DNA of 60,620 nt, filler included, from 4 parts of 4 records of this genome joined end to end with filler, not necessarily neighbours in it; one strand, 5' to 3'. Positions 1 to 13,173 are shown, counted from the whole stretch's first letter. A program made the numbers and translations. Notes: a model not told the origin generated them from the letters alone.

Positions 1-15
1 ATTGATAGGTTTAAA

Positions 16-27
16 TTGTTAAAGAGC
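16..27 (-). promoter_or_regulatory. rRNA operon boxA antiterminator
   Basis: Minus strand reads GCTCTTTAACAA, just downstream of tandem rrn-type promoters; the 16S gene would lie left of the window. Confidence 0.85.
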
Positions 28-73
28 TTTCTTCCTAAACTTAGTGACTTAGGTCACTTCGGAAGAGGCGGTC

Positions 74-101
74 ATTTTAGCGATATAAACTGTCGTGTCA
101 A
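74..101 (-). promoter_or_regulatory. rrn P2 promoter
   Basis: Minus strand TTGACA-16 bp-TAAAAT followed by a GC-rich discriminator (GACCGCC). Confidence 0.8.
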
Positions 102-203
102 ACACTTTTTTCAGTTTATTTTCGTAAGCTTTTCAGCTTTACAAAACAACCTTGCTGAACTGATTTCGTTTCTTTCGAAGCTTGTCCGTGTCAGCGAGGG
201 GGC

Positions 204-262
204 ATTATAGAGATCGAGTTCACATTGGCAAGGGCTTTTTCATGTTTTTTTTGATTTTTTGT
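204..262 (-). promoter_or_regulatory. rrn P1 promoter with UP element
   Basis: Minus strand TTGCCA-16 bp-TATAAT, discriminator GCCCCC and A-tracts upstream of -35; 130 bp upstream of P2. Confidence 0.8.
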
Positions 263-350
263 TTGTTTGACCATTTTTTACGCACAACGGGCTATAAATG
301 CGACTTAATGGCTTCTAATATGCCTATATTCGCTCAGCAGAGGAGGCAAT

Positions 351-899
351 ATGAGCTCGATTCGTAGTTATAAAGGTATAGCACCAAAAATAGGTTTCCG
401 CGTTTATATCGATCCAACATCTGTGATTGTAGGAGATATAAAGTTAGCGGATGACGCGAGTATCTGGCCTTTAGTTGCAGCCCGCGGTGATGTTAACCAT
501 ATCCATATAGGTGAACGCTCCAATATACAGGATGGCAGTGTTCTCCACGTTACCCATAAAAATGCTGAAAACCCAAACGGCTATCCACTGATTATTGGTA
601 ATGATGTCACGGTGGGGCATAAAGTAATGCTACACGGTTGCACGATTGGCGATCGCGTGCTGGTCGGTATGGGGGCGATTGTTCTAGACGGTGTGGTAAT
701 AGAAAGTGATGTAATGATTGGAGCGGGTAGTTTGGTTCCACCAGGTAAAGTACTTGAAAGTGGTTACCTATATGTTGGTAGCCCAGTAAAACAAGCTCGC
801 CCTCTATCAGATAAAGAACGAGCCTTCTTACTTAAGTCTGCTGACAATTACGTTCAGACTAAAAACGATTATTTAAATGATGTTGAAGACGTTAACTAA
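351..899 (+). CDS. yrdA: gamma-class carbonic anhydrase family protein
   Basis: Hexapeptide repeats, RGDVNHIHIG, NIQDGSVLH and VGHKVMLHGC motifs; AGGAGG RBS. Confidence 0.92.
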   Translation: MSSIRSYKGIAPKIGFRVYIDPTSVIVGDIKLADDASIWPLVAARGDVNHIHIGERSNIQDGSVLHVTHKNAENPNGYPLIIGNDVTVGHKVMLHGCTIGDRVLVGMGAIVLDGVVIESDVMIGAGSLVPPGKVLESGYLYVGSPVKQARPLSDKERAFLLKSADNYVQTKNDYLNDVEDVN

Positions 900-1166
900 T
901 TAGCTAACTACTTCTATTTGTCCTGATTGATTGAAGGCTTCGTCTTCAATCAATTCTTCGGCTAACTCTTCTAAGTCAAAACGAACGTCAGCAAAAACCG
1001 CTAACGCTTGTTCTTTACTATTAATAGAAGCACCTGAAATTTTCTGCAGTTCTTGCATGTTAACCAAACATTCGATCAGAGCGCCCGACTGCTGAGCCGG
1101 AAATACAATAGCTTCTAACTCAGAGTTCCACTCTTGTATGTCTGGAAAAAGGATAGATTGATTCAT
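900..1166 (-). CDS. DUF1488 family protein (YrdB-like)
   Basis: MNQSILFPD start, [12 protein letters not shown], acidic C-terminus; lies between aroE and yrdA. Confidence 0.75.
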   Translation of the reverse strand: MNQSILFPDIQEWNSELEAIVFPAQQSGALIECLVNMQELQKISGASINSKEQALAVFADVRFDLEELAEELIEDEAFNQSGQIEVVS

Positions 1167-1996
1167 AACCCTTCCAAATTTTTCCTTAATTCACGCAGGA
1201 TTTGTTTTGTTCCTGGACGTAAGCCGCGCCATAGCATAAAGCTTTCGGCAGCCTGACCCACTAACATTCCCAATCCATCGTAGGCGTGTGCACAACCATT
1301 TTCTAATGCCCAATGATTGAAGATGGTTAATCCTTTTCCATACATCATATCGTACGCAACACTATTAGAAGCAAAGATAGTCGGTGAAACCGCAGGCAGC
1401 TCTCCACCTAAGCTTGCAGACGTTGAGTTTATGATGACATCAAACTCACGGTTGATTTCACTCATCGATAAAGCATCAACATTGCCTAAATGTTGAAAAG
1501 ATTCCGCTAGCTGCTCTGCTTTACTAAAAGTACGGTTGGTGACCGTAATACTCGCCGGCTCTTTATCTAATAGAGGCTTCATTACTCCTCTTGCAGCACC
1601 ACCAGCACCAATTAGAAGAATTTTCGCTCCTTTTAACGGCACCTGATACTGCATCAGATCTTGCACTAAGCCTTCACCATCAGTGTTATCACCCAGAATT
1701 TCACCATCATCGAGTTTCTTTAAAGTATTCACAGCCCCCGCTAGCTGTGCTCTCTCTGTTAAGCGGTCAGCAAACTGATAAGCATCTTCTTTAAAAGGAA
1801 CGGTAATATTGCACCCTCGCCCGCCATGAGCGAAAAAGTCTTTTGCCGCAGCAACAAAACCATCAACTGGCGCTAACTGAGCGGTATAGTCCATCGTTTG
1901 ATTTGTTTGACGGGCAAAAAGAGTATGAATAAAGGGTGATTTACTGTGTCCGATGGGATTACCAAATACAGCGTAGTGATCCGTAAGAAAGTCCAT
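1163..1996 (-). CDS. aroE: shikimate dehydrogenase
   Basis: [28 protein letters not shown] and GAGGAA motifs. Confidence 0.97.
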   Translation of the reverse strand: MDFLTDHYAVFGNPIGHSKSPFIHTLFARQTNQTMDYTAQLAPVDGFVAAAKDFFAHGGRGCNITVPFKEDAYQFADRLTERAQLAGAVNTLKKLDDGEILGDNTDGEGLVQDLMQYQVPLKGAKILLIGAGGAARGVMKPLLDKEPASITVTNRTFSKAEQLAESFQHLGNVDALSMSEINREFDVIINSTSASLGGELPAVSPTIFASNSVAYDMMYGKGLTIFNHWALENGCAHAYDGLGMLVGQAAESFMLWRGLRPGTKQILRELRKNLEGL

Positions 1997-2015
1997 ATCC
2001 TTGCCTCTGGGGAAA

Positions 2016-2062
2016 TAAAAAAGGGTCGCATGCCCGTTGCATCAACAGCATTTAACGACCCT
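2016..2062 (-). terminator. probable intrinsic terminator between hemF and aroE
   Basis: Minus strand AGGGTCG...CGACCCT stem with an inner ATGC-GTTG/CAAC-GCAT helix, followed by a T run. Confidence 0.55.
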
Positions 2063-2082
2063 ATCATTCAGTACAATTTCTG

Positions 2083-3006
<924 letters not shown>

Positions 3007-3043
3007 CTATCGTATTTCTATCGCATTCCCATCGCAGAGTGAG

Positions 3044-3601
3044 TTAGCCCTGTCTTAATATTTGTAGAGTTCGTGCATCACGAATTTCACTTGGTTTATT
3101 ACGACCACCTGTTACGCCACGTAAAATGGCAACGAGTTTGTCACCAAGCTGTTGTTCGACTTCTTCCGTCGTCATGCAAGAGGGTTGTCCCGTCAAGTTA
3201 GCGCTGGTTGAAGTCAGTGGTTTACCGTATGCATTACACAATTGCTGCACTAAAGGGTGGTCGGTAACACGAACAGCAATACTATCAAACTGACCGCTGA
3301 CCCATTGAGACACTTTATTACTAGCAGGTACAACCCAAGTTACTGGGCCAGGCCACGTCGCTTTAATTTGTCGTAGCTGTTCTTCTGTAAGCTGACTTTC
3401 ATCGATATAAGGAAGCAACTGTTCATACGAAGCCGCGATCAGGATTAAACCTTTCTCTACTGGTCGCTGTTTCAACTGAAGCAGCTTCTCAATAGCTTCA
3501 GGATTGTCAGGGTCGCAACCGACACCAAATACACCTTCAGTCGGGTAAGCAATCACCTCTCCAGACTGTAAAGCATGTAAAGTTTGTTCAAAATTATTCA
3601 C
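3044..3601 (-). CDS. tsaC: L-threonylcarbamoyladenylate synthase
   Basis: [20 protein letters not shown] and STSAN motifs; GTG start. Confidence 0.95.
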   Translation of the reverse strand: MNNFEQTLHALQSGEVIAYPTEGVFGVGCDPDNPEAIEKLLQLKQRPVEKGLILIAASYEQLLPYIDESQLTEEQLRQIKATWPGPVTWVVPASNKVSQWVSGQFDSIAVRVTDHPLVQQLCNAYGKPLTSTSANLTGQPSCMTTEEVEQQLGDKLVAILRGVTGGRNKPSEIRDARTLQILRQG

Positions 3602-3740
3602 GGAAACTTCCTAAGTTGAGCTGACAAGCATTTTGAGGTTACTTGGGTAACTATTGCTATTTGCGCTAAGTTTACAAATTATCCAGTGTGACAGCTAAAG
3701 TTAATTCATCATAAATTATGTCTTAACGTTACCCAGAGCT

Positions 3741-3778
3741 GCGCAAACGTTTGCTTGTGATAAAAATCCTCGTATAAT
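3741..3778 (+). promoter_or_regulatory. PurR box overlapping the purEK promoter
   Basis: GCGCAAACGTTTGCTT (3741-3756) resembles the PurR operator and overlaps TTGCTT-16-TATAAT. Confidence 0.8.
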
Positions 3779-3841
3779 GCGCGACGTTCGCTCACGTAAT
3801 TGTTCGTTATCGTAATAAAAAGACGCTTGAAGGAGTTTGAG

Positions 3842-4327
3842 ATGAAAGTCGGTATTATCATGGGTTCCAAATCTGACTGGCCAACGATGAAGCTTGCAGC
3901 AGAAATGCTGGATCAATTTGGTGTTCCTTATGAAACTAAAGTAGTTTCAGCACACCGTACCCCTCAACTTCTTGCTGATTACGCAACCAGCGCTAAAGAA
4001 CGTGGACTGAAAGTTATCATTGCTGGTGCCGGTGGTGCAGCTCATTTGCCAGGCATGACCGCAGCATTCACCAGCCTTCCAGTATTAGGTGTTCCTGTGC
4101 AATCTCGTGCTCTTTCGGGCGTTGATTCGCTGTACTCCATCGTTCAAATGCCAAAAGGGATTGCTGTTGGCACCCTAGCCATTGGTGAAGCTGGTGCGGC
4201 TAACGCGGGTATTCTGGCGGCGCAAATCATCGGCACTTTTGATGAAGAAGTGATGGCAAAAGTAGAAGCGTTCCGTACGACTCAAACTGAAACCGTATTG
4301 GCAAACCCAAATCCAGCTGAGGAATAA
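3842..4327 (+). CDS. purE: N5-CAIR mutase
   Basis: [14 protein letters not shown] and [12 protein letters not shown] motifs; start moved to the ATG after AGGAG. Confidence 0.97.
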   Translation: MKVGIIMGSKSDWPTMKLAAEMLDQFGVPYETKVVSAHRTPQLLADYATSAKERGLKVIIAGAGGAAHLPGMTAAFTSLPVLGVPVQSRALSGVDSLYSIVQMPKGIAVGTLAIGEAGAANAGILAAQIIGTFDEEVMAKVEAFRTTQTETVLANPNPAEE

Positions 4328-4330
4328 TCC

Positions 4331-5464
4331 ATGCACGTATTGGTATTAGGTTCCGGTCAGCTTGCACGCATGATGTCACTGGCTGGCGCTCCACTTAATA
4401 TTGAGATTTCTGCATTTGATGTGAACAGCAAAAACGTCGTTCACCCTTTAACTCAAGCGGTTATCGGTCATGGCTTAGAGCAAGCGATTGAGAATGCAGA
4501 TGTGATTACGGCGGAGTTTGAACACATTCCTCACGATGTTCTCGATATATGTGAACGTAGTGGAAAGTTCCTGCCAAGCACGGATTCCATCAAAGCCGGT
4601 GGCGATCGCCGTATTGAAAAAGCTTTGTTGGATACAGCGGGTGTTCGCAACGCAAAATACACTGTTATTAATAGTCGTGAAGACCTCGACACTGCCATTG
4701 CCCATGTCGGTATTCCAATGGTATTGAAAAGTGCCTTGGGCGGTTATGACGGCAAAGGCCAATGGCGCCTGAAGAAAGCTGAAGATGCCGATACTATCTG
4801 GCCTGAAATGGCAGAGTGTCTAGCAGCTTCAGACAATCAAGCGATAGTGGCTGAAGAGTTTGTTCCATTTGATCGCGAAGTATCATTGGTGGGTGCTCGT
4901 GGCAAAAATGGTGAAGTCGCGGTTTACCCACTGGCTGAAAATGTCCATGTGAATGGAGTTCTGAGCCTATCAACAGCCATTGACGCACCAGAGCTGCAAG
5001 AACAAGCGAAAGAGATGTTCACCGCGGTAGCAAATAGCTTGAATTACGTCGGTGTACTGGCGCTAGAGTTTTTTGATGTACAAGGCAAACTGCTGGTCAA
5101 CGAAATTGCTCCTCGCGTACATAACTCAGGCCACTGGACTCAACAAGGTGCGGAAACTTGCCAGTTCGAAAATCATCTTCGCGCCGTTTGTGGTATGCCT
5201 TTAGGTAGCACTAAGCTAGTGCGAGAAACGTCAATGATTAATATTCTTGGCGAAGATTCATTACCGGAAAGCCTGCTAGCAATGGAAGGTTGCCACATTC
5301 ACTGGTACGGAAAAGAAAAACGTCCGGGCAGAAAAATGGGCCACATTAACGTAACGGCAGACTATCACGGTGAACTGGTCCGTAAGCTGTGTGAGCTGGC
5401 TGAAGTATTAGACGCTGATGCATTTCCTGCGGTGCAAGAAGTGGCGAAGCAATTCCAATCATAA
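4331..5464 (+). CDS. purK: N5-CAIR synthase
   Basis: [16 protein letters not shown] and [14 protein letters not shown] motifs. Confidence 0.97.
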   Translation: MHVLVLGSGQLARMMSLAGAPLNIEISAFDVNSKNVVHPLTQAVIGHGLEQAIENADVITAEFEHIPHDVLDICERSGKFLPSTDSIKAGGDRRIEKALLDTAGVRNAKYTVINSREDLDTAIAHVGIPMVLKSALGGYDGKGQWRLKKAEDADTIWPEMAECLAASDNQAIVAEEFVPFDREVSLVGARGKNGEVAVYPLAENVHVNGVLSLSTAIDAPELQEQAKEMFTAVANSLNYVGVLALEFFDVQGKLLVNEIAPRVHNSGHWTQQGAETCQFENHLRAVCGMPLGSTKLVRETSMINILGEDSLPESLLAMEGCHIHWYGKEKRPGRKMGHINVTADYHGELVRKLCELAEVLDADAFPAVQEVAKQFQS

Positions 5465-5482
5465 TTGGAACGGATGAATTAG

Positions 5483-5508
5483 AAACGGCGCTTTAAGCGC
5501 CGTTTTTT
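5483..5508. terminator. bidirectional terminator between purK and yrdD
   Basis: AAACGGCGCT-TTA-AGCGCCGTTT hairpin plus T run, between convergent genes. Confidence 0.8.
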
Positions 5509-6073
5509 ATTGTTCCTGAGTGTGCCCACACTTACGGTCAGCACATTGATGCTTGGTTCCACTGGCCAGTTTCTTTTCGACCAGTAATGGAAAACCACAT
5601 TTCTCACACTTCCCCGAAACTGGCGGCAGATTTACCGCGAACTTACACTTGGGATAGGTATCACAGGCATAAAACGTCTTACCAAAGCGCGTTTTACGCT
5701 CAGCTAAATGGCCTTTGCCACATTCAGGACACGCATAAAGCTGAGTTGGTTTTTCATCTTCTGCCGGAGAATCCTGTGATTCGATATGATGACATTGTGG
5801 GTAAGCACTACAGCCAATAAACATCCCGTATCGACCTTGACGCAGGACTAACTCACTACCGCATTCAGGGCAAGGCACACCCAATTCTTTAACGATATGT
5901 CCATCATTTTGATGTAAAGGCTTGACGTAGTCGCAGCTAGGATATTGCGTACAACCTAAAAACGGGCCGTGCTTGCCATGGCGAAGCTGCAATGCTCCGC
6001 CACATTTAGGACAAGGATCGTTCAGCGCATGTTCATGGGCTGAAAACAACTGATTATCAATTTTACCGCTCAT
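5507..6073 (-). CDS. yrdD: topoisomerase I C4 zinc-ribbon repeat protein
   Basis: Repeated CPxCG...GxFxGCxxYPxC units. Confidence 0.88.
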   Translation of the reverse strand: MSGKIDNQLFSAHEHALNDPCPKCGGALQLRHGKHGPFLGCTQYPSCDYVKPLHQNDGHIVKELGVPCPECGSELVLRQGRYGMFIGCSAYPQCHHIESQDSPAEDEKPTQLYACPECGKGHLAERKTRFGKTFYACDTYPKCKFAVNLPPVSGKCEKCGFPLLVEKKLASGTKHQCADRKCGHTQEQ

Positions 6074-6077
6074 ACGA

Positions 6078-6554
6078 TTAATGCAGAATACCTTGCTCTT
6101 TGCTGTACAAAAGCTCTTCCATTAGCGTATAAGCGTTCTCATTCCCGGGAACATTGAATAACACCATTAGAATGATCCACTTAAGGTCATCCAACTCTAA
6201 CTCGTGGGTTTCTAACCCCATGACTCGGTCCATAACCATTTCACGAGTTTCTGTTGTTAACACCTTGATTTGTTCCAGAAATAGGATAAAACCGCGAGAC
6301 TCTATATTCAGACGTTCCATCTCTTGCGCTGTAAAAATACGCATCGATGTTGACGCACTGGTCGAAATTGCTGACTTCGCGTCAGTCTGTTGCAATGCCG
6401 CTAACTCTTCTAACCAGTTAAGGGCCTTATAGATGTCTTTTTGGTGAAACCCTGCTCGAAGCAATTCATCTTCAAGCTCATCTTGATCTACTTGCAACTC
6501 TGCATCGCTATGGATATAAGTTTCAAATAGATACATCAGAATATCCATCATCAT
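6078..6554 (-). CDS. smg: Smg / DUF494 protein
   Basis: [10 protein letters not shown] and [14 protein letters not shown]; downstream of dprA. Confidence 0.93.
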   Translation of the reverse strand: MMMDILMYLFETYIHSDAELQVDQDELEDELLRAGFHQKDIYKALNWLEELAALQQTDAKSAISTSASTSMRIFTAQEMERLNIESRGFILFLEQIKVLTTETREMVMDRVMGLETHELELDDLKWIILMVLFNVPGNENAYTLMEELLYSKEQGILH

Positions 6555-6556
6555 AG

Positions 6557-7672
6557 CTAGCCCCTCCCCTTACGAATATAGCCACCGGAAACTGCAACAA
6601 CATGTCCTGAAAGCTCAAGCTCTAGGAGCTGCATCATGACTTCTTGGACAGGTATATGGGTCCTGTTTGCAAGAATATCAACTGGTGTAGCTTCTTCTCC
6701 TACGTTAGCTAACAGCTCAGGAAATGGCAATTCTTCTTCGCTATTTGGAGGTAAAAAAAGTGAATGCTGAGAATTTTCTTGGTAACTTTTGGTAAAGTCG
6801 AGCATCGATTCAACTTCATCAAGAATATGTTGAACGTCCTGAACTAAACAGGCTCCTTGCCGAATCAACCGGTTACTACCAATACAATTGGGATTTAAAA
6901 TCGAACCGGGAACCACAAATACTTCTCTATCCTGCTCTGTGGCGTAGCGAGCAGTAATTAGAGAACCGCTTTTTTCAGCTGCTTCGACAATCAAAACGCC
7001 GATTGATAAGCCGCTAATGATTCGATTGCGCCGCGGAAAGTACGTGGGTCTGGGTTTAGCATTAGGACGAAACTCAGAAACCAAAGCACCACTATCACAA
7101 ATTCTTGCTGCAAGGCTCTTATGTCTCGCAGGATAAATTGATGACAAACCCGATCCTAATACCGCAACGGTTTTTCCTCCGCCTGTTAAAGCGCCATCGT
7201 GGGCATAGCCGTCAATCCCTAACGCCAAACCACTCGTCACTACCAAATCGTTTTCTACTAATTGGTGAGCAAACTGCGAGGCGATTTTAAGGCTATCAAT
7301 ACTGGCATTACGGCTGCCAACAATCGCGATCTGCGGTTGTTGGATAGATTCCAATTGCCCTTGGACGAAAAGGACACTGGGGGCTGAAGAAATTTGCTTA
7401 AGAAGTGGAGGATAGGTTTCACTGGCGGACGTCACGATATGGCGTTGGTTATCTCCACTAAGCCAATTGAGAGATTCTTCTACATCTCTTTCTGCGTCAT
7501 GCACTAAGTAATGAATTTGCTCTGAACTGAAACCAAGCGCTTGCCATTGGTTCGGGGAATATTGAGCCAAATTGGTGATCGAATCGAGACTTAGAAGGCG
7601 TTGTAGTTTCTTATGACCTAACTTAGGGGTGAAACTCAATGTTAACCATGCAGAAAGTGCTTTTTCATCCAT
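6557..7672 (-). CDS. dprA: DNA-processing protein DprA
   Basis: [28 protein letters not shown] and SGSLITA motifs. Confidence 0.96.
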   Translation of the reverse strand: MDEKALSAWLTLSFTPKLGHKKLQRLLSLDSITNLAQYSPNQWQALGFSSEQIHYLVHDAERDVEESLNWLSGDNQRHIVTSASETYPPLLKQISSAPSVLFVQGQLESIQQPQIAIVGSRNASIDSLKIASQFAHQLVENDLVVTSGLALGIDGYAHDGALTGGGKTVAVLGSGLSSIYPARHKSLAARICDSGALVSEFRPNAKPRPTYFPRRNRIISGLSIGVLIVEAAEKSGSLITARYATEQDREVFVVPGSILNPNCIGSNRLIRQGACLVQDVQHILDEVESMLDFTKSYQENSQHSLFLPPNSEEELPFPELLANVGEEATPVDILANRTHIPVQEVMMQLLELELSGHVVAVSGGYIRKGRG

Positions 7673-7688
7673 GCCAGCGACTCAATAT

Positions 7689-8753
7689 CTAAAAGTGAGA
7701 GAGAGGGGAAACTGCAATCGCATTAGTCGCTATCGCCGAGGGACTGCGAGTGATCAGCGCTAAGCTAAAATGAGAATAAGGCCGAATGACCATTAACTCA
7801 CCCACGTTTTCATCCGGCAGTTGCACAGCTTCATCAAACCACGATTCTTCGTATCGCAAATGACCAGATCGCCCAAAGACAAAATGGCCATCCTGTTTAA
7901 TACTCAACATACTGCCCTGCTTGAGACCATCTTCAACGCCTCTATCTAAAATCACAATCTGGTTTTGTGCGACCAGCTCCGAGCCCTGTAAAGAACCTAA
8001 TATTTGGGCTTCAACGTTTTCTGGAGAGGGATGTGGATTAAAGGTTGTGGTCAAGTTGAGAGTATTTGTATCGAGAATCGGAAGAACAAGGTCATTGAGC
8101 ATAATTTCTTGTCGCTGCTCTTGGACATGGAGTTCCGATATCTCTTCTGCGGAATAAACGAGTTCTCCGGTTGCGATCAAACGCAATACCGCAATCGATC
8201 TGCTTCTACTTTTAAACTGGTGCGACAACCTATAAACACCCCACTTAAGATGAGAATGCTGCCCTGAAAAATACAGTTTATCGAGCCCCGTCATGTACTG
8301 ACGCCCTTCGTCGTTACCCACAACGCGACTACTAATTTCGACGTCTGCGAGATCTATCAATCGGTCCGATTGTAAATACGGAATTACTAAGCCTAGCTCA
8401 ACGGTGGGTAAAGGCTGTTTGGGGATTTGTTTTGCCTGAGGTTTTAACGTGATGACCGATTTGGATTTCAGTTTGGGTTGACCATTTCGCCACACAAGAT
8501 GAATGCGATCGCCGGGATAGATCCGGTGCGGATTATCAATGTTCGAGTTGATATCCCATAGCTGAGGCCATAACCAAGAGTCATTAAGGTACATGGCGGA
8601 AATATCCCACAAAGTATCGCCTTCAACCACAATGTAAGTCGTTGGTGCATTGTCCTTTAATACTAAGCGAGAAGATTGCTGAGCAGTTACGGGAAAAGTA
8701 GTCGCATTTAACGCCAAAATCAGTAAAAAAGAGTAACCTTTCCATCTCGCCAT
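7689..8753 (-). CDS. LysM peptidoglycan-binding protein (TsaP-like)
   Basis: Signal peptide, then LysM YIVVEGDTLWDIS...WPQLW..N..IDNPHRIYPG; start set at the ATG after GAGG. Confidence 0.85.
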   Translation of the reverse strand: MARWKGYSFLLILALNATTFPVTAQQSSRLVLKDNAPTTYIVVEGDTLWDISAMYLNDSWLWPQLWDINSNIDNPHRIYPGDRIHLVWRNGQPKLKSKSVITLKPQAKQIPKQPLPTVELGLVIPYLQSDRLIDLADVEISSRVVGNDEGRQYMTGLDKLYFSGQHSHLKWGVYRLSHQFKSRSRSIAVLRLIATGELVYSAEEISELHVQEQRQEIMLNDLVLPILDTNTLNLTTTFNPHPSPENVEAQILGSLQGSELVAQNQIVILDRGVEDGLKQGSMLSIKQDGHFVFGRSGHLRYEESWFDEAVQLPDENVGELMVIRPYSHFSLALITRSPSAIATNAIAVSPLSHF

Positions 8754-8890
8754 AACCTCATATCCTGCGTTAAATGAATGAGAATGATTTTGATAAATCT
8801 CGATGGATGCTGTCATTTGACTCATAAAATGTCTAGAATTGACCCAACAAGCTTTATCCCGTTTCGGCCAAGTTCAATATTCGAGTGTAT

Positions 8891-9400
8891 ATGTCTGTAT
8901 TACAAGTATTAACATTCCCAGATGACCGCCTTCGTACAGTTGCGAAGCCAGTTGAAAAAGTGACACCAGAGATCCAAACCATCGTCGATAACATGATTGA
9001 TACCATGTACGACGAAGAAGGTATTGGTCTTGCTGCTACGCAAGTAGACATCCACCAGCGTATCGTCGTTATCGACATCTCTGATAGTCGTGATGAACCA
9101 ATGGTATTAATCAATCCAGAAATCATCGAAAAGCGCGGTGAAGACGGTATTGAGGAAGGCTGTCTATCAGTACCAGGTGCTCGCGCTCTAGTGCCACGAG
9201 CTGCCGAAGTGACGGTAAAAGCACTGAATCGCGAAGGTGAAGAGTACACATTTGAAGCTGATGACCTATTGGCAATTTGTGTTCAACACGAATTAGACCA
9301 CCTAGAAGGTAAGTTGTTTGTTGACTATCTTTCGCCGCTAAAACGCAAGCGTATTAAAGATAAGCTAGAAAAAATCAAACGCTTCAACGAAAAGAACTAA
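8891..9400 (+). CDS. def: peptide deformylase
   Basis: [13 protein letters not shown] and QHELDH motifs. Confidence 0.98.
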   Translation: MSVLQVLTFPDDRLRTVAKPVEKVTPEIQTIVDNMIDTMYDEEGIGLAATQVDIHQRIVVIDISDSRDEPMVLINPEIIEKRGEDGIEEGCLSVPGARALVPRAAEVTVKALNREGEEYTFEADDLLAICVQHELDHLEGKLFVDYLSPLKRKRIKDKLEKIKRFNEKN

Positions 9401-9422
9401 TAAAGATTATAGAGAGGTTACC

Positions 9423-10370
9423 TTGAGCCAATCATTACGTATTGTCTTTGCAGGTACTCCGGACTTCGCCGCCCGTCATCTGGCGGCGTTGTTGTCTTCG
9501 GAGCACGAAGTTATTGCGGTTTACACGCAACCAGATCGCCCAGCCGGTCGTGGTAAGAAGCTGACTGCCAGCCCAGTAAAAACATTAGCCCTTGAGCATG
9601 ATGTTCCGGTTTATCAACCAGAAAACTTTAAATCAGATGAAGCAAAACAAGCGCTTGCTGATCTGAACGCTGATCTGATGGTTGTGGTGGCTTACGGCTT
9701 ACTATTACCTCAAGCGGTATTAGATACGCCTAAGCTTGGTTGTATCAATGTACACGGTTCTATCCTGCCACGCTGGCGCGGCGCAGCTCCAATTCAACGC
9801 TCTATTTGGGCAGGCGATCCGGAAACGGGTGTTACCATCATGCAGATGGATATCGGCCTGGATACAGGTGACATGCTGAAAATCGCCACGCTACCAATTG
9901 AAGCAACAGATACTAGTGCATCGATGTACGAGAAACTGGCAGAGCTCGGTCCACAAGCACTGGTTGAATGTATTTCAGATATCGCTAGCGGTACCGCCGT
10001 TGCTGAAAAGCAAAATGACGAACTGGCCAACTACGCGAAAAAACTCAGCAAAGAAGAAGCTCGTATTAACTGGAATGACGATGCTGCCCACATCGAACGT
10101 TGTGTTCGTGCTTTCAATCCATGGCCGATGAGCCATTTTGAAGCGGCAGAAAACAGCATTAAAGTCTGGCAAAGCCGTGTTGTGGATCAAAGCAGTGATA
10201 AACCTGCTGGCACCATAATACAAGCAGACAAAACCGGTATTTATATCGCAACAGGTAATGGCGTATTAGCGTTAGAACAACTTCAGGTACCTGGCAAAAA
10301 GGCTATGCCAGTACAAGATATTCTTAACTCCAGAGCGAGTTGGTTTGAAGTTGGCACGCAACTAAGCTAA
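9423..10370 (+). CDS. fmt: methionyl-tRNA formyltransferase
   Basis: FAGTPDFA and [16 protein letters not shown] motifs; TTG start. Confidence 0.98.
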   Translation: MSQSLRIVFAGTPDFAARHLAALLSSEHEVIAVYTQPDRPAGRGKKLTASPVKTLALEHDVPVYQPENFKSDEAKQALADLNADLMVVVAYGLLLPQAVLDTPKLGCINVHGSILPRWRGAAPIQRSIWAGDPETGVTIMQMDIGLDTGDMLKIATLPIEATDTSASMYEKLAELGPQALVECISDIASGTAVAEKQNDELANYAKKLSKEEARINWNDDAAHIERCVRAFNPWPMSHFEAAENSIKVWQSRVVDQSSDKPAGTIIQADKTGIYIATGNGVLALEQLQVPGKKAMPVQDILNSRASWFEVGTQLS

Positions 10371-10441
10371 TTAGTCATCAATTAAGTCAGTACATTAACT
10401 TAGGGACAGAGATGTCCCTATTGAATTTTAAGGGTTACACC

Positions 10442-11722
10442 ATGAATGTTCGCGCAGCAGCTGCCAACGTCCTGTTCCAAGTGGTCGACAAAGGTCATTC
10501 ACTTTCCCACGCTCTTCCCGCAGCTCAGAAAACCATTCGCCCAAGAGATCACGCTCTACTGCAAGAAATTTGCTATGGCGCTCTACGCTATTTACCTCGT
10601 TTAGAATCTATCGCCAATGAGTTGATGGATAACCCTCTAAAAGGTAAAAAGCGTGTTTTCCACCACCTGATTCTAGTCGGAATTTATCAACTTAGCTTCA
10701 TGCGTATTCCATCGCATGCAGCGGTAGCCGATACTGTAGAAGGAACGAAAACACTTCGTGGAGAAAGTCTAAGTGGATTGATCAACGCAGTGCTGCGAAA
10801 TTACCTACGTAATCAGGAAGAGCTCGATCAAATCGCGGTCAGCCATAACGCAGGTAAATATGGTCACCCGAGTTGGATTCTGAAGATGCTTCAGGAAAGC
10901 TATCCGGAGGAATGGGAAGCCATTATTGAGGCAAACAACAGTAAGGCTCCCATGTGGTTACGAGTAAACCGTCACCATCACACTCGTGATGAATATCAGC
11001 TATTACTGGATGAAGCTGAAATTGAATACACCATTCACCCTGAAGCCGCTGACGCAATAAGACTCAACGCTCCTTGTGATGTTACCTTGTTGCCTGGATT
11101 TGAAAAAGGTTGGGTGTCGGTTCAAGACGCTGCCGCTCAGTTGGCAATTGATTACCTTAAGCCACAAGAAGGTGAACTCATCTTAGATTGTTGCGCTGCT
11201 CCGGGTGGTAAAACCGCACATATCTTAGAGCACACTGAAGATACCGAAGTGGTAGCGCTAGACAGCGATGCAACGCGCCTGAACCGAGTACATGACAACC
11301 TAGAACGCTTACACCTAAAGGCAGATGTGATCTGCGGTGATGCACGTTACCCACAAGAGTGGTGGCAAGGTGATCAATTTGATCGTATTTTGCTTGATGC
11401 GCCATGTTCAGCAACTGGGGTTATTCGTCGTCATCCTGATATAAAATGGTTACGCCGCGCTAACGACATTGAAGCTTTGGCAGAGTTACAGCGCGAAATT
11501 TTGCAGGTAATGTGGCAACAATTAAAGCCTGGTGGTACGTTAGTTTACGCAACATGTTCAATTACGCCTCAAGAAAACGTTCTACAAGTCAAAGACTTCT
11601 TGGCTCGTACTGAAGATGCGCAACTGATTGATTCAGATCCAGAGCAACCTGGTCGTCAAATTCTTCCAGGTGAGCAAGATATGGATGGCTTCTACTACGC
11701 GGTTATGGTTAAAAAAGCGTAA
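10442..11722 (+). CDS. rsmB: 16S rRNA m5C967 methyltransferase
   Basis: NusB-like N-terminus, [18 protein letters not shown] and YATCS motifs. Confidence 0.96.
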   Translation: MNVRAAAANVLFQVVDKGHSLSHALPAAQKTIRPRDHALLQEICYGALRYLPRLESIANELMDNPLKGKKRVFHHLILVGIYQLSFMRIPSHAAVADTVEGTKTLRGESLSGLINAVLRNYLRNQEELDQIAVSHNAGKYGHPSWILKMLQESYPEEWEAIIEANNSKAPMWLRVNRHHHTRDEYQLLLDEAEIEYTIHPEAADAIRLNAPCDVTLLPGFEKGWVSVQDAAAQLAIDYLKPQEGELILDCCAAPGGKTAHILEHTEDTEVVALDSDATRLNRVHDNLERLHLKADVICGDARYPQEWWQGDQFDRILLDAPCSATGVIRRHPDIKWLRRANDIEALAELQREILQVMWQQLKPGGTLVYATCSITPQENVLQVKDFLARTEDAQLIDSDPEQPGRQILPGEQDMDGFYYAVMVKKA

Positions 11723-11781
11723 GTAATTGAATCAAAGGCAGCCAAGTGCTGCCTTTGACTTTAAATAATAAGAGAACAGGT

Positions 11782-13158
11782 ATGAAAATCATCATTCTTG
11801 GTGCGGGGCAAGTGGGTGGCACATTAGCCGAGAACTTGGTTGGCGAAAACAACGATATTACTGTCGTCGACAAAAACAGCGACCGCCTCAGAGAACTGCA
11901 AGATAAATATGATTTGCGAGTGGTCAATGGGCATGCTAGCCACCCTGACGTATTACGTGAAGCAGGTGCGCAAGACGCTGACATGTTAGTTGCAGTGACA
12001 AACACTGACGAAACCAATATGACCGCTTGTCAGGTTGCATTTACTCTATTCAATACTCCTAACCGTATTGCTCGTATTCGTTCACCTCAGTATCTTGCTG
12101 AAAAAGAAGCCCTATTCCAGTCAGGTGCCGTTCCTGTCGATCACCTGATCGCCCCTGAAGAATTGGTTACTAGCTATATTGAACGCTTGGTTCAATATCC
12201 GGGCGCACTGCAAGTGGTCAGTTTTGCAGATGAAAAGGTCAGCTTAGTTGCAGTAAAAGCCTATTACGGTGGTCCGCTTGTGGGTAATGCCCTTTCAGCG
12301 CTGCGTGATCACATGCCGCACATTGATACTCGTGTTGCCGCAATTTTCCGTCAGGGCCGACCGATTCGCCCTCAAGGAACCACAATAATTGAAGCCGATG
12401 ATGAAGTTTTCTTCGTCGCAGCAAGTAACCACATTCGCTCCATCATGAGTGAGCTGCAACGCCTTGAAAAACCTTACCGTCGTATCATGATCGTCGGTGG
12501 TGGTAATATCGGTGCCAGCTTAGCGAAACGTCTGGAACACTCATACAGCGTGAAACTTATCGAGCGTAACTATCAACGCGCTGAGCGCCTTTCGGAAGAG
12601 CTAGAAAACAGTATCGTTTTCTGTGGTGACGCCGCAGACCAAGAACTACTGACCGAAGAAAACATCGACCAAGTAGATGTCTTTATCGCGCTAACCAACG
12701 AAGATGAAACCAACATCATGTCTGCGATGCTGGCAAAACGTCTTGGTGCGAAAAAGGTGATGGTACTGATTCAGCGTGGTGCCTATGTTGATTTGGTTCA
12801 GGGTGGTGTGATTGATGTAGCTATTTCTCCACAGCAAGCAACCATTTCGGCACTGTTAACGCACGTTCGCCGTGCTGATATTGTCAACGTATCGTCTCTG
12901 CGTCGTGGTGCTGCAGAAGCGATCGAGGCGATTGCTCATGGTGATGAAACCACATCGAAAGTAGTTGGTCGTGCTGTTAGTGATATCAAACTGCCACCGG
13001 GTGCCACCATTGGTGCCATCGTTCGTGGTGAAGAAGTCCTGATAGCGCATGATAGAACCGTGATTGAACAGGATGACCACGTTGTGATGTTCCTTGTGAA
13101 TAAGAAATATGTACCAGACGTCGAAGCGTTGTTCCAACCAAGTCCATTCTTCTTATAA
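11782..13158 (+). CDS. trkA: Trk potassium uptake NAD-binding subunit
   Basis: [12 protein letters not shown] start, a second GGGNIG RCK motif and FQPSPFFL end. Confidence 0.97.
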   Translation: MKIIILGAGQVGGTLAENLVGENNDITVVDKNSDRLRELQDKYDLRVVNGHASHPDVLREAGAQDADMLVAVTNTDETNMTACQVAFTLFNTPNRIARIRSPQYLAEKEALFQSGAVPVDHLIAPEELVTSYIERLVQYPGALQVVSFADEKVSLVAVKAYYGGPLVGNALSALRDHMPHIDTRVAAIFRQGRPIRPQGTTIIEADDEVFFVAASNHIRSIMSELQRLEKPYRRIMIVGGGNIGASLAKRLEHSYSVKLIERNYQRAERLSEELENSIVFCGDAADQELLTEENIDQVDVFIALTNEDETNIMSAMLAKRLGAKKVMVLIQRGAYVDLVQGGVIDVAISPQQATISALLTHVRRADIVNVSSLRRGAAEAIEAIAHGDETTSKVVGRAVSDIKLPPGATIGAIVRGEEVLIAHDRTVIEQDDHVVMFLVNKKYVPDVEALFQPSPFFL

Positions 13159-13173
13159 GGTTCTGGCGTCGTT

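Noticed and set aside
16-367. Short ORFs 16..210 and 182..367
   Set aside because: They overlap the rrn promoter and leader on the opposite strand, use TTG starts and show no protein motifs.
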